A DNA stretch of 64,000 nucleotides, from the NCBI RefSeq assembly GCF_009914755.1, contig NC_060939.1. One strand, given 5' to 3'. Made by a program: the position numbers and the translations under genes. Under the pieces are notes generated by a model. The model was not told where the DNA came from and ran no database searches. It was given only the letters and a program-made list of their open reading frames with translations. Origin of the DNA: the human T2T-CHM13v2.0 reference genome, Homo sapiens. Below, in pieces: positions 63,001 to 64,000 of the stretch. Position 1 is the stretch's first letter. Each line of letters opens with the position of its first letter.

Positions 63001-64000
63001 ATGGATGAAGAAATTGAGGCTCAAACAAATAAAATGACTTACCCCAAATCATCGACTTGGTGAGAGATGAAGCCAGAATTTGAATGCAAGTCTTTGAATC
63101 TTGGAGTCCTTCTTTTTCATTACCATTCATGTAATATGTGTTCAGCAGATAATTATTTTAATTATCTGAGTTATGGAAAAAGGCCCCTGACCTTCTGTTA
63201 TTCATAAGCCTTATTTAAAAATTGCTAAAATAGTTTTTTTCTTTTTTATTGCTTTATAAAGTATTATTACTGTTACACACAGAAAAATCGTACTTTAAAT
63301 GAATACTCTATCTGGAAAATATTTTTGTTTTAGTAAAATAGGCTTTGCCTTGGCTATTCTTTTATTTGTTTATTTGTTTGTTTTTGAGACAGGATCTCAC
63401 TCTGTTGCTTATACTGGAGTACAGTGGCATGATCATAGCTCACTGCAGCTTCAAACTGCCAGGCTTAAGTGAGCCTCCTGCCTCAGCCTCCTGAGTAAGT
63501 GGGACTACAGGCCTGCATCACCATGACTGGATAATTATTTTATTTTGTAGAGATGGGGGTCTCACTATGCTGCCCAGGCTTGTCTTGAACTCCTGGCCTC
63601 AGGCGATCCTCCTGTCTTGGCCTCCTATTGGGTTTACAGGCATAAGCCACTGCACCCAGCTGGCTATTCTATTTTTAATGGGCTCAAACTGAACTTAAAA
63701 GTCATCTTCTGATTTTGTTTGGTCAGAAAGTTATTAAAATATATTTGGAACAATTTGCTATGCAGTCAATGAGTTTATGTTCTTTTGAACAAAATTAGTT
63801 TTTAAATTAGTCTTTAGTCCTCTAAAAAAGGCTTCATAATGCCATTCTAAAGTGGAAGAATTGTGGTTTGCTAACCACACTTTTTGAATTGTCTCCAAAA
63901 CAGAAATACAGAAATTATGTCCTGGGAATAAAGGCAGTAAGACTCTTAAAGAAATAACCAGAAGAATTTCAAAATAATAGGTACAAGTACTTTTAAAATA

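Overview
Human (primate) genomic DNA, recognisable as 15q22.2 around the MYO1E promoter. The locus call rests on my recall of the MYO1E 5'UTR and of the D15S643 STR flanks, not on a database search. A CpG island (~9.7-11.3 kb) carries MYO1E exon 1 on the minus strand, whose only coding bases are the ATG, followed directly by a GTGAGT donor. A CArG box and a CCAAT box lie upstream. Bases 1-10592 are MYO1E intron 1. The remaining ~53 kb is intergenic or upstream of FAM81A, with candidate plus-strand non-coding exons. The window is very Alu-dense (roughly 60-65 copies) and also holds MaLR/ERV solo LTRs (MER41, MER34, MLT1, LTR33-like), L1/L2/MIR relics and hAT MITEs. There are four retrocopies: U13 snoRNA, NSA2, RPL7A and Y1 RNA. 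No complete protein-coding gene is present, and I cannot support a genuinely new biological system. The best leads are: overlapping sense/antisense first exons with a palindromic ATG/splice donor; a templated insertion inside the RPL7A pseudogene; an NSA2 retrocopy one homopolymer slip from a near-full ORF; a U13 copy with intact guide elements; several nested palindromes; and candidate enhancer grammar (AP-1/IRF composite, CRE, NF-kB pair).
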